DNA of 64,000 nucleotides from an uncultured Lachnospiraceae bacterium. GTDB lineage: Bacteria; Bacillota; Clostridia; Lachnospirales; Lachnospiraceae. A model generated the notes under the pieces. It made no database searches. It was given only the letters and a program-made list of their open reading frames with translations, and was not told the DNA's origin. This document shows, in pieces, positions 19,326 through 29,602 of the stretch. A program made the position numbers and the translations under genes. The stretch is from positions 9,513 through 73,512 of the forward strand of contig CARYKP010000009.1 in the NCBI GenBank assembly GCA_949102785.1, given 5' to 3'. Each line of letters starts with the position of its first letter. The stretch's first letter is position 1.

Positions 19326-21098
19326 ATGAAAAAGATATTAGATTTAATCACCGAGGAAACAGAACAGGCATTTACAGAATGCGGATATGATAAAAAATAT
19401 GCAAAAGTAACGCTCTCAAACCGGCCGGATTTGTGTGAATATCAGTGCAACGGCGCGTTGGCGGCGGCAAAGGAATACAAAAAGGCGCCGTTTCTGATCG
19501 CGGATGAAATTGCGGCAAAGCTTTCGGACCATGCAATGTTTGCCGCGGCAGAATCGGTGAAGCCGGGATTTATCAATTTTAAGATAGATCCCGGATACCT
19601 GGCCGGTTATCTGCAGAAGATGTCGGAGGATCAGGAGCGTTTCGGATGTGAGAAAACGAATTCGCCCAAGAAGATCATGATCGATTACGGCGGTCCCAAT
19701 GTGGCAAAGCCGCTGCATATCGGGCATTTAAGATCTGCAATCATCGGAGAGAGCATCAAACGGATCGGAAGGTTTATGGGCCATACCATGATCGGCGACG
19801 TACATCTTGGAGACTGGGGATTACAGATGGGGCTGATCATTACGGAACTTTCCCAAAGAAAGCCGGATCTTGTTTATTTTGATGAGCAGTATCAGGGGGA
19901 ATATCCCAAAGAAGCGCCGTTTACCATATCCGAGCTGGAAGAAATCTATCCGACGGCGAGCGCAAAATCCAAAGAAGACGACGCGTATAAAGAAGCGGCG
20001 ATGCAGGCAACATATGAACTGCAGAACGGCAGGGCGGGATATCAGGCGCTGCTTTCCCATATCTTAGAGGTATCCGTATCGGACCTGAAACGAAATTATG
20101 AAAATTTAAACGTTTCTTTTGATCTGTGGAAAGGGGAATCGGATGCGCAGCCGTTTATTCCGGATATGGTCCAAAAAATGAAGGACGACGGGTACGCATA
20201 TATCAGCGAAGGCGCTTTGGTCGTCGACGTAAAGGAAGAGACGGATGCAAAAGAAGTTCCTCCCTGTATGATTTTGAAATCGGACGGCGCTTCCCTGTAC
20301 AATACGACGGACCTTGCGACGATTGTCTGGCGTATGAAAGAGTATCATCCGGATGAAATAATTTATGTGGTGGATAAACGCCAGGAGCTGTATTTTACAC
20401 AGGTATTCCGCTGTGCAAGAAAAACGCGTCTGGTTGGAGAGGATACGCGTCTTACGTTCCAGGGCTTTGGAACGATGAACGGCAGGGACGGCAAGCCTTT
20501 TAAAACAAGGGAAGGCGGCGTCATGCGCTTAGAGAGCCTGGTATCCGAAATCAACGAAGAAATGTATCAAAAGATCCTGGATAACCATTCGGTCACGGAT
20601 GAAGCGGAAGCAAAGGAGACGGCAAAGCAGGTTGCATTATCTGCCATTAAATACGGCGATCTGTCCAATCAGGCGTCAAAAGACTATATCTTTGATATCG
20701 AACGGTTTACGTCATTTGAGGGCAATACGGGACCGTATATTCTGTATACGATTGTCCGCATCAAATCCATATTGGCAAAATACCGTGCGCTTGACGGCGG
20801 ATGTTCGGGCGATCGGATACTTCCGGCGGAATCGGAAAGCGAAAAGGCGCTGATGCTGGAAATCAGCCGTTTTTCCGCGGCAATGGAGGCTGCGTTTGCA
20901 GAAACTGCGCCGCATAAAGTCTGTGCGTATATTTACGGTCTTGCCAATGCATTGAACCGTTTTTACCATGAGACGAAGATTTTGACAGAGGAAAGAAAAG
21001 ATGTCCGGGCAAGTTATATCTGTCTGCTTGCGCTGACGAAGGGCGTTTTGGAACGGTGTATCGAGGTACTTGGATTTTCGGCGCCGGAACGCATGTAA
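19326..21098 (+). CDS. argS: Arginine--tRNA ligase
   Basis: PNVAKPLHIGHLRS, GDWG, FKTREG, C-terminal ERM. Confidence 0.97.
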   Translation: MKKILDLITEETEQAFTECGYDKKYAKVTLSNRPDLCEYQCNGALAAAKEYKKAPFLIADEIAAKLSDHAMFAAAESVKPGFINFKIDPGYLAGYLQKMSEDQERFGCEKTNSPKKIMIDYGGPNVAKPLHIGHLRSAIIGESIKRIGRFMGHTMIGDVHLGDWGLQMGLIITELSQRKPDLVYFDEQYQGEYPKEAPFTISELEEIYPTASAKSKEDDAYKEAAMQATYELQNGRAGYQALLSHILEVSVSDLKRNYENLNVSFDLWKGESDAQPFIPDMVQKMKDDGYAYISEGALVVDVKEETDAKEVPPCMILKSDGASLYNTTDLATIVWRMKEYHPDEIIYVVDKRQELYFTQVFRCARKTRLVGEDTRLTFQGFGTMNGRDGKPFKTREGGVMRLESLVSEINEEMYQKILDNHSVTDEAEAKETAKQVALSAIKYGDLSNQASKDYIFDIERFTSFEGNTGPYILYTIVRIKSILAKYRALDGGCSGDRILPAESESEKALMLEISRFSAAMEAAFAETAPHKVCAYIYGLANALNRFYHETKILTEERKDVRASYICLLALTKGVLERCIEVLGFSAPERM

Positions 21099-21115
21099 AT
21101 ACAGTTGAGAAAGCC

Positions 21116-21156
21116 AAAAGAGGAATGATAAGCGGTCATTCCTCTTTTCGGGTTTT
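21116..21156 (+). terminator. Intrinsic terminator after argS
   Basis: Perfect 13-bp stem AAAAGAGGAATGA/TCATTCCTCTTTT. Confidence 0.8.
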
Positions 21157-21239
21157 TGGCACGGCGGAAGCTTTCAGATTCGGCAGCATCAGAAACGGGG
21201 AGGTTAGAAGGGATGAGTAAACAGACAGGAGGAGACGGC

Positions 21240-21518
21240 ATGGATCGGATCATTCGGAAACATTTTATTTTCAGCGGAAGGGTACAGGGCGTAGGGTTTC
21301 GCTACCGCGCCTGTTATGGAGCCCGGCAGCGCGGACTGACCGGATGGGTATGCAATCTTGGCAACGGAACGGTGGAGATGGAAGCACAGGGGAAGGAAGA
21401 TGAGATAAATGCGCTGGTCTGGTCTTTGGACCAGACCAGGCCGATTAGGATAGAAGGAATCGAATCGGAAGAGCAGCCGTTAAAAGAAAGAGAAACAGAG
21501 TTTCGTATGCTAAATTAG
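21240..21518 (+). CDS. acyP: Acylphosphatase
   Basis: GRVQGVGFR, GWVCN..GTVE; AGGAG RBS before ATG 21240. Confidence 0.92.
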   Translation: MDRIIRKHFIFSGRVQGVGFRYRACYGARQRGLTGWVCNLGNGTVEMEAQGKEDEINALVWSLDQTRPIRIEGIESEEQPLKERETEFRMLN

Positions 21519-21535
21519 AGAGAGGACTGAAAACG

Positions 21536-23284
21536 ATGAAGAAGAACCTGAAAAAAATGATTTCTTATTACAAACCTTACCGGGGCGTGTTTTTTGCGGA
21601 CATGCTGTTTGCCATTGCGGCGTCTGCAGTTGCGCTTGCCATACCGCTGATTGCCCGCTATATTACGTCATCGATTATTTATCTGGAAAGAGAAGAAGCC
21701 GTGAGGGAAATCCTGTATCTTGGAGTTATAATGGCAGGACTGGTGGCAATTTCCTGCTTCTGCAATTTTTTTATCAGCAATTACGGTCATGTGATGGGAG
21801 CAAAGATCGAATACGATATGCGTGCGGAAGTGTTTGCACATTTTCAGAAGCTTTCGTTTGCCTTTTATGACAATCAGAAAGTGGGAGCGCTGATGGCGCG
21901 GATTACGACGGATCTGTTCGATATTACGGAACTGATGCATCACGGTCCGGAAAATATTGTGATTTCCCTGATTAAAATCTGCGGAGCGTTTGTGATTATG
22001 ACGTATATCAGTCCGATGTTAACGGCTGCAGCGTTTGCCCTTGTGCCGGTGATGTTTGTCTACGCTTATTTTTTCAATGGCAGGATGAAACGGGCGTTTC
22101 GCAGGAATCGGGAAAAAATAGCGGACATTAACAGCCGGATCGAAGATAATCTCTCGGGTATCCGCGTGGTCAAATCGTTTGCAAATGAAGAGATAGAAAA
22201 TGAAAAATTCCGGCAGGGCAACGGCGGGTTTTTGGAGGCAAAGAAAAACAGCTATTTTTATATGGGCGGTTACCATGCGGGATTGAGCTCGTTTTCCCTG
22301 CTGATTACCGTGGCAGTGCTTGCGGCGGGAGGAATATTTATCTCTTATGGCAGGATAGAAGTGACGGATCTGATCACATTTTTGCTCTATATCAATGTGC
22401 TGACGGAACCGATTAAAACACTGATTGATTTTACGGAGCAGTTCCAGAACGGATATACCGGGTTTGAGCGCTTTTTGGAAATCCTGGCCATTGAGCCGGA
22501 TATCAAAGACTGTCCAAATGCCGAATGCCTGTCCGGGGTGAAGGGCAGCGTTGATTTTGACAATGTCTCCTTCCGCTACGAGGAGGGCAGCGAGAAAGTG
22601 TTAAGCCACATTAATCTCCATGTGGATGCGGGGGAGTATGTTGCGATTGTCGGTTCTTCCGGAGCAGGTAAAAGCACGCTCTGCAGTCTGATTCCCAGGT
22701 TTTATGATGTGACGGGAGGCGCGGTTTTGGTGGACGGAAAAGACATCCGTTCGCTTTCTTTAAAGAGTCTCCGGGATCAGATCGGAATCGTGCAGCAGGA
22801 TGTGTATCTGTTTGTGGGAACGGTGTATGACAATATCCGTTACGGGAAGCCGGATGCTTCCCGGGAAGAGGTGATACAGGCTGCAAAGAACGCAAATGCC
22901 CATGCGTTTATTCTGTCTCTGCCCAACGGATATGAGACGGATATCGGTCAGCGGGGGATCAAGCTGTCCGGCGGACAGAAGCAGAGACTGTCCATTGCCC
23001 GGGTATTTTTGAAAAATCCTCCGATCTTAATTTTTGACGAGGCAACTTCTGCCCTGGATAACGAAAGCGAAAAAGTCGTGCAGGATTCCCTGGAGCGCCT
23101 GGCAAAAGAGAGGACGACATTTGTCATCGCGCACAGGCTGACGACGATACAAAATGCAGAGAGGATTTTGGTTCTGACGGAAGAGGGCATTGCAGAAGAG
23201 GGCAGCCACCAGGCGCTGCTGGAAAAAGGAGGAATTTACGAGAAGCTGTATCATATGCATATGGCGGAAGAATATGGAGATTAA
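21536..23284 (+). CDS. ABC exporter, fused permease/ATPase (MsbA-like)
   Basis: N-terminal TM domain; GSSGAGKST, LSGGQKQR, DEATSALD. Confidence 0.93.
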   Translation: MKKNLKKMISYYKPYRGVFFADMLFAIAASAVALAIPLIARYITSSIIYLEREEAVREILYLGVIMAGLVAISCFCNFFISNYGHVMGAKIEYDMRAEVFAHFQKLSFAFYDNQKVGALMARITTDLFDITELMHHGPENIVISLIKICGAFVIMTYISPMLTAAAFALVPVMFVYAYFFNGRMKRAFRRNREKIADINSRIEDNLSGIRVVKSFANEEIENEKFRQGNGGFLEAKKNSYFYMGGYHAGLSSFSLLITVAVLAAGGIFISYGRIEVTDLITFLLYINVLTEPIKTLIDFTEQFQNGYTGFERFLEILAIEPDIKDCPNAECLSGVKGSVDFDNVSFRYEEGSEKVLSHINLHVDAGEYVAIVGSSGAGKSTLCSLIPRFYDVTGGAVLVDGKDIRSLSLKSLRDQIGIVQQDVYLFVGTVYDNIRYGKPDASREEVIQAAKNANAHAFILSLPNGYETDIGQRGIKLSGGQKQRLSIARVFLKNPPILIFDEATSALDNESEKVVQDSLERLAKERTTFVIAHRLTTIQNAERILVLTEEGIAEEGSHQALLEKGGIYEKLYHMHMAEEYGD

Positions 23285-23285
23285 A

Positions 23286-23314
23286 TTGAATTTTTCGGAA
23301 AAGGGGCGTATAAT
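23286..23314 (+). promoter_or_regulatory. Sigma-A-type promoter for the LRR surface protein
   Basis: TTGAAT-17 bp-TATAAT. Confidence 0.7.
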
Positions 23315-23360
23315 TGGAAGTATTAAAAGGATACTGGTGAATTAGGAGAGAGGGGAGATT

Positions 23361-26300
23361 ATGAAACAACGAATATGTTCAGTAATTTTGTGTGCGGTCT
23401 TGGCATTGCAGCCCTGTATGGCAGAAGCCGCGCAGGGAAGAGCACAAGCGGCAGAGGCAGCCGGGCGAGACGACAGCCCGCAAGTACGGCTTGCGGATGA
23501 GACGGACGGGGAAGCGGTGAATCCGGGCGAAACAGAGGACTTTATAGAAGGAGCGCCAATAGAGCCGGACGATAGCTGGATACAGATAAACGGCGGAGTG
23601 TTGGATGAGAATACAAAATGGAACCTGGTGAATGAAGGAGACGAACAAAAAGAGAAAAGGAAAGGAAACAAGCGGGAAGCGGGGAATGGCGCCAAAACGG
23701 CTGCTGGGGATCTCGTGGAGGGCTCTTATGGGAGCAGTATTACCTATTCCATTGATTTATCAACGGGAACGCTTACGTTTAGCGGTTCCGGTGATATGGA
23801 TAATATGGGGGGAGTGAGTTCTTCTTTTTCTCCTTACCTGGACAGGATTACTACGGTAATCGTCGGGGACGGGATCACAGCCATCGGGAATTCTTCTTTT
23901 TCCGGTTTTCGGGAGCTAAGGACCGTTCGTATGCCGGAGGGCATAAACCGTATCGGAGATTTTGCATTCAGTTCCTGCGAAAAGCTGGAGCAGGTAACGA
24001 TTCCGTCGACTGTGACGACAATCGGGATGGATGCTTTTTTGCACTGCTATAACCTAAAGAGCGTACGTCTGCCTGCCGGGCTGAAAACAATCGGGGCTTC
24101 CGCATTTTTTGATAATTGGAAACTTTCGGATATTCAGATTCCGGACAGTGTGACGGAGATTGGGAGAGGCGCATTTACACAGTGTTATGAGCTGGAGAGA
24201 ATTACTTTGCCATCCGGGATTACAGAGATAGCAGAAAACCTTTTCTTTGGCTGCAGAAAACTGCGGGAAGTGGTGCTTCAAAAAGGAATCAGGAAAATTG
24301 GAGGAAATGCATTTGGACAGTGCGCCATGACAAGGATCGAGATACCGGAAGGCGTGACGTCGATCGGGGAAATAGCGTTTGCAAGCTGCAACAACTTAGC
24401 GGAAGTAATTTTGCCGGACAGCCTGAGTGTGATTAGCTCGGATGCGTTTAGCGGTACTGCTTATGAGAATAGCTTTTCGGGACGTGAATTTGTGGTACTG
24501 GGGAATGGGATGCTGTATCAATACAACGGCAGCAGAACATCGGTTGCGGTGCCGGAGGGTGTGACGAAAATCGCGGACGCCGTATTTAAAAAACATAAGG
24601 AGATTGTGGAGGTAGAGCTTCCGGAACACCTACATTCGATTGGAGCCTCCGCATTTGAGGGCTGTACCGCACTGGAGAGAGCGGCAGTTCCAGAGAGTGT
24701 AGAGTGGGTCGGAAAAGATGCGTTTCTGGGAACGCCATTTCTGAAAGCACAAAAAGACGGCGTTATTGTGTTCGGAAAAGCGGCATATGCATACCAGGGA
24801 ACAGAGAATCCCATAGAGCTTGAGATTCCGGACGGAGTCGTTTCCGTCACGCCGTTTGCTTTTCGTTTTCTGGGTTCTGTTGAGCGGGTCACGATTCCGG
24901 AAAGCGTTACGTCTATTGGCGAGGGCGCATTTCTTGGCTGTACTGCGCTGACACAGGCGAGCGTTCCGGACAGTGTGACGGAGATCGGCGCGCGGGCTTT
25001 TGGGTATTATTGTGTAAATGGAAGCAGTGGGACATATCTTCCGCTGGAAATGGTGCTGGCGGGACATAGGGGGACAGCGGTACAGGACTATGCGGAGGAT
25101 ACACAAAATCGAGTAACATTTCTTCCGCTGGATTCGCTTTCGGGAAGCTGCGGAGAACATGCAGAATGGTCGTTGGATCCGGATACAGGAGAGCTGGTAA
25201 TCAGCGGAAGCGGGGCTATGAAGGATTATGCGTATTATGGAGAAGAAATGTCGCCCTTTCTTGTTTGCCGGGGCTTTATTACTTCTGTAACAATTCAGGA
25301 AGGGATTACTTCTGTTGGCGCATATGCGTTCTATGGACTGGATCAGCTGGAAGATATCCGGCTGGCAGGAAGCATTACGGAGATTGGGAATTGTGCGCTG
25401 GCAGGCTGCATAAAGCTGGAAAACCTGAAACTGCCGGAAGGGGTTTCCTCTATTGGTTCGGAGATTTTGGACGGCTGCAGCGGCCTGAAATCAATTGAGG
25501 TGGAACCGGGGAATGAAAGCTACAGTTCAGATAACGGAATTCTATATAATAAAGAAAAAACGCAGCTTTTGCTGATTCCGGAGAACTTTCCGCAGGAAAC
25601 GCTTAGCATTTCGGAAAGCGTAACAAGAATCGAAGATTATGCGGCGAATGAAAACAGGAACCTGCGGTGCGTATATTTCCCGGAAAGTTTAAGTTATCTT
25701 GGGCGCGGGGCTTTTTCGGAGTGTGTTTCCTTAAAGAGCCTGGTATTTAAAGGAGATGCGCCGAGGTTTGGATCGTATAATTCTGTAAATACAGAGAGCA
25801 TTACGATCTACTGTGGTTTTTCCAAGTACGGATGGACGGAAAAGACGGAGAATCTTGAATACCCGAGGGAGAAAACCTGGGTGGATTTGGATGAACTGGC
25901 AGGCATCCGGGATTTACAACTGGATGTAGAAGCGGATACTCTTGCAGTGGGCGATGCGCTGAAGATTTCTGCAAAGCTGGATCCGGAGCTTGCATTGGAT
26001 TTTGAATGGACGAGCAGCGCGCCGGAGATAGCCGGAGTCGCCTCAGACGGGACGCTTTCGGCGTATCGTCCGGGAGAGGTTACGGTTTCTGTGAGAAGCC
26101 TGGACAATGTTTATCAGGCAGAGAAAACGTTTACCGTTACGGGAGAGATTTATGAGATTCCGCAGGCTGAAGTGACGGAACTGCCGCAGGAAGCGCTTTC
26201 TTATACATCGATTGATACGGAAACGATGCAGATTCCGTGCGTGCAGCAAAATGGAATTTATTTCCTGAATGGAAATGAGCTTAGTTTTTATTCACTGGCA

Positions 26301-29300
26301 TCGGGGCAAAAGACTCCTGTATATACATTTTCCGGGTGTTCCGGTTCTTACAGTACAGGGGAAAAGCTGTATATCGTATACCGGCAGAAATGTACGGTGT
26401 ATGATTTGCTGAAAAGGAAAGTAGAACGGTCTTTCCAGATCTCGGGATATATGGCTACAGCCGTGGGCGCCGATGATTTGGGGCGTATTTATGTTGCGGC
26501 GGATAACGGCAGCAACCAAAATAACCATAGAATTTTCCTTTTTAATCCGGAGGGAACGCTTCTTTCCTGGATGGCTTCGGGAACACGCGTATACCGCTTC
26601 AGTGGTTTTGACAGTGTAAACGGAAATTTTTATATAGAGGCGTTTTATGATTTTTATTCCTGGGGATATTCGCATCCGGGTCTTGTGCTTCGTATGGGCA
26701 ATGTTACGGATAACGTAATAAAACAAGTAAGCGTATATAGTTCGTTTTTGGAAAGCGGAATAGTTACACGGGAGATAGACGGTATTATGTATCTTTGCCA
26801 GAATGCATCGAAAAAGCACCAAAACAATGCGGCTTTGCTGGGCGGCCGTTATCTGACGGGAGTCAGTGCAGCATCAGGCGTGGTGCAGGTGATGGATTCT
26901 CATGCACAGGATCTTGACATCTGCCAAAAGTATCTGAGAGAACCGACAGAATATGAGCAGGAGGACAGCTATAACGATACTTCCAGTATCGGTGTGCGCA
27001 CGGTTTACCATGAGGGGCATGACAGCCTGATTTTATATGAAAATGGACGGCGCCTGACAGAATACGATATAAAAACGGGCAAGCGAACCGCAGAATACGA
27101 TACGGCCCATTATGTATTCAATATGTTCTGGATGGATGAAACGCTGGTTCTGATTGAGAAAGAAAATGATGTTTACTATGTGGAAACAGTGGATTGGAGC
27201 GACCCAGAGGAAATCGGAATTACAGGGGAAGCTTCGATGCGGGTGGGAGAGTCCCAGCATCTGGAAATAAACCACAATAAACCATACAGGGCTTATTATG
27301 AATGGACCAGCCAGGATAAGCATACTGCATCCGTATCGGAAAATGGAGATTTGACCGCATGGAAACCGGGAGAGACGGAAATTACGGTGTCAAATGTCAG
27401 CGGGACTTTAAGAGCCAGCCATCATGTTACAGTACAGGAGAAAGAGGGTGTAAATGAGCAGGGAGGAACCGTTATTTCGAATGGAACGGTGAGCCAAAAT
27501 ATTTCAATGAATAATTATCAGGCATGGAGCCGTCCTGTAAATTCGTATCTGACGGAAAGAGAAGGCGAGACTTTAGAGAGGGTGGAGTATATCAGGGACC
27601 AAGGAGTTTTGATAGAAACATATGCAAAAGACGGAAGCCGTATCAACAGCCGGACGATAGAGCCGCCGCTTCCGCTGTTTGGAGGATTTTTTGCAGGGGA
27701 GGATTACAATTTCTTGGTATTTGGGCAGGAAAATGAGCAGGAGAGCGACAGTTTTGAAATCATGCGTGCCGTAAAATATTCAAAGGACTGGGAGCAAATA
27801 GGCCAATATTCGGTATATGGCGCGAATACCCATACTCCGTTTGACGCCGGTTCCCTGCGCATGGCGGAAACGAACGGAAAGCTTTATATCCATACGTGCC
27901 ATAAAATGTACCTGTCAAATGACGGACTGCGTCATCAGGCGAACATGACTTATGTCGTAAACGAGGCAGATATGACAGAACTGCAGTCCTATTACGATGT
28001 ACTGAACATTTCCCAGGCGGGTTACGTAAGCCATTCGTTCAATCAATTTGTCCGGACAGACGGTACATATGTGTACCGTGTGGATCACGGCGACGGGGGA
28101 CCTAGGGCAATAGCCCTGACACGCGCCGGTGTGGATGAGGAGATTACAAATGTCAGGTATACGCTGCCGCTGCCTATACAGGGAGGTTTTGGAAATAATG
28201 CGACGGGCGTATCGGCGGGAGGTTTTGAACTTTCGGCAGATCATTGCCTGATTGCAGGAAATTCTGTGGATCAGTCGAGTGAAGAAAATTATTCTGCGAC
28301 CGGACAAAGAAATATTTTCCTGACAGTAACCAACAAGAGCCTGACAAAAAATAAGATTGTCTGGCTTACGGATTACCAAGAAACAGACGGAGTGGTACCG
28401 AAAACGCCGCAACTGGTTAAAATGAATGACTGGCAGTTTTTGATTCTTTGGGAGGAGAGTTACGAAGGTGTGGAAACTGTCTGGACAAAGATGGTAACCG
28501 TCGACGGCGACGGAAACCAGATTTCGGATATTATAAAGACAGATATGCGCCTGTCAGACTGCCAGCCGGCTGTAACGGGCAGCGGTGCAGTGAAGTGGTA
28601 TGTATCGGACGGGAATAGCGTACGGTTTTATACGGTAAATCCATATCGCTTAGAAAACGTGGCGATACAGGATTCCTGTGAAGGGGAGCATTTGTGGAAC
28701 GGAGGGGTATTCGAAACAGAGTTTTCCTGTGAAGAGGGTGGAATCTGCGTTTATACCTGTATCAGATGCGGAGAGAAAAAGCAGGAGATGATTCCGGCAA
28801 AGGGACATAACTGGAGTGAGTGGCTCCATTTTTCCAACATCGATGGAGAAGTAAGATGGTGCCTTGTATGCAAAAAAGAAGAAAAAAGGCCACTGAGCAC
28901 AGGAGAAGACGGATCTGGAGATTCTTTGCATGATGAAAATGAGAATCCAGAACCATCAACGAAAAAACCTCCCAAACCGGGAACAAAGTTTACCGCTGAA
29001 GACGGAAACGTCTATACTGTCGTAACAGCAGGTTTTGTCGTGGAATTTACAAAAGCGGGAAATACAAAAGCGTCTTCTGTGTCGATTCCTTCAAAAGTAA
29101 CCTTTGATGGGGCGGATTATCAGGTAGCGGCGATAAAAGCAAATGCTTTTCAAGGCAGCCAAACACTGAAACAGGTCAAAATCCCGGATTCCGTAAAGAC
29201 GATCGGGAATCATGCGTTTAAGAACTGTACATCCTTAACCTCCGTAGTGATCCCGAAGAAGGTAACAAAAATAGGGAAACAGGCGTTTTATAACTGTAAA

Positions 29301-29489
29301 AAACTGAAAAATATCACGATAAAAACGACAAAACTTACGGCAAAAAAAGTCGGGAACAAGGCATTTACCAAAGCGGGGAGCAGCAATTATAAAAAGCTGA
29401 AGGTGAAAGTGCCGGCAAAGAAATTGTCTGCTTACAAAAAACTGTTAAAGAAAAAAGGACTCTCATCAAAAGCAAAGGTGAAAAAATAA
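23361..29489 (+). CDS. BspA-like leucine-rich-repeat (LRR_5) surface protein with Big_2 Ig domains
   Basis: Signal peptide; many IPxSVTxIGxxAFxxC repeats; WTSSAPEIA and WTSQDKHTA Big_2 motifs; Cys/His module; Lys-rich C-terminus. Confidence 0.9.
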   Translation: MKQRICSVILCAVLALQPCMAEAAQGRAQAAEAAGRDDSPQVRLADETDGEAVNPGETEDFIEGAPIEPDDSWIQINGGVLDENTKWNLVNEGDEQKEKRKGNKREAGNGAKTAAGDLVEGSYGSSITYSIDLSTGTLTFSGSGDMDNMGGVSSSFSPYLDRITTVIVGDGITAIGNSSFSGFRELRTVRMPEGINRIGDFAFSSCEKLEQVTIPSTVTTIGMDAFLHCYNLKSVRLPAGLKTIGASAFFDNWKLSDIQIPDSVTEIGRGAFTQCYELERITLPSGITEIAENLFFGCRKLREVVLQKGIRKIGGNAFGQCAMTRIEIPEGVTSIGEIAFASCNNLAEVILPDSLSVISSDAFSGTAYENSFSGREFVVLGNGMLYQYNGSRTSVAVPEGVTKIADAVFKKHKEIVEVELPEHLHSIGASAFEGCTALERAAVPESVEWVGKDAFLGTPFLKAQKDGVIVFGKAAYAYQGTENPIELEIPDGVVSVTPFAFRFLGSVERVTIPESVTSIGEGAFLGCTALTQASVPDSVTEIGARAFGYYCVNGSSGTYLPLEMVLAGHRGTAVQDYAEDTQNRVTFLPLDSLSGSCGEHAEWSLDPDTGELVISGSGAMKDYAYYGEEMSPFLVCRGFITSVTIQEGITSVGAYAFYGLDQLEDIRLAGSITEIGNCALAGCIKLENLKLPEGVSSIGSEILDGCSGLKSIEVEPGNESYSSDNGILYNKEKTQLLLIPENFPQETLSISESVTRIEDYAANENRNLRCVYFPESLSYLGRGAFSECVSLKSLVFKGDAPRFGSYNSVNTESITIYCGFSKYGWTEKTENLEYPREKTWVDLDELAGIRDLQLDVEADTLAVGDALKISAKLDPELALDFEWTSSAPEIAGVASDGTLSAYRPGEVTVSVRSLDNVYQAEKTFTVTGEIYEIPQAEVTELPQEALSYTSIDTETMQIPCVQQNGIYFLNGNELSFYSLASGQKTPVYTFSGCSGSYSTGEKLYIVYRQKCTVYDLLKRKVERSFQISGYMATAVGADDLGRIYVAADNGSNQNNHRIFLFNPEGTLLSWMASGTRVYRFSGFDSVNGNFYIEAFYDFYSWGYSHPGLVLRMGNVTDNVIKQVSVYSSFLESGIVTREIDGIMYLCQNASKKHQNNAALLGGRYLTGVSAASGVVQVMDSHAQDLDICQKYLREPTEYEQEDSYNDTSSIGVRTVYHEGHDSLILYENGRRLTEYDIKTGKRTAEYDTAHYVFNMFWMDETLVLIEKENDVYYVETVDWSDPEEIGITGEASMRVGESQHLEINHNKPYRAYYEWTSQDKHTASVSENGDLTAWKPGETEITVSNVSGTLRASHHVTVQEKEGVNEQGGTVISNGTVSQNISMNNYQAWSRPVNSYLTEREGETLERVEYIRDQGVLIETYAKDGSRINSRTIEPPLPLFGGFFAGEDYNFLVFGQENEQESDSFEIMRAVKYSKDWEQIGQYSVYGANTHTPFDAGSLRMAETNGKLYIHTCHKMYLSNDGLRHQANMTYVVNEADMTELQSYYDVLNISQAGYVSHSFNQFVRTDGTYVYRVDHGDGGPRAIALTRAGVDEEITNVRYTLPLPIQGGFGNNATGVSAGGFELSADHCLIAGNSVDQSSEENYSATGQRNIFLTVTNKSLTKNKIVWLTDYQETDGVVPKTPQLVKMNDWQFLILWEESYEGVETVWTKMVTVDGDGNQISDIIKTDMRLSDCQPAVTGSGAVKWYVSDGNSVRFYTVNPYRLENVAIQDSCEGEHLWNGGVFETEFSCEEGGICVYTCIRCGEKKQEMIPAKGHNWSEWLHFSNIDGEVRWCLVCKKEEKRPLSTGEDGSGDSLHDENENPEPSTKKPPKPGTKFTAEDGNVYTVVTAGFVVEFTKAGNTKASSVSIPSKVTFDGADYQVAAIKANAFQGSQTLKQVKIPDSVKTIGNHAFKNCTSLTSVVIPKKVTKIGKQAFYNCKKLKNITIKTTKLTAKKVGNKAFTKAGSSNYKKLKVKVPAKKLSAYKKLLKKKGLSSKAKVKK

Positions 29490-29525
29490 GGAGATGGGAA
29501 ACTTTGGACCCGCCGCAGGAAACGC

Positions 29526-29554
29526 TTGTCAAGTTTGGAATTCTGTGCTAAAGT
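29526..29554 (+). promoter_or_regulatory. Sigma-A extended -10 promoter for gltX
   Basis: TTGTCA-17 bp-TAAAGT with TG. Confidence 0.6.
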
Positions 29555-29602
29555 GTCTTTAAAATTGCGTATAAAAATATTTGGCAGATACGGAGGCAGA
29601 AC

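Noticed and set aside
24137..24985. Repeated DNA such as TTCCGGACAGTGTGACGGAGAT in the BspA-like gene (possible DGR or shufflon)
   Set aside because: Explained by LRR_5 coding repeats; no reverse transcriptase or invertase nearby
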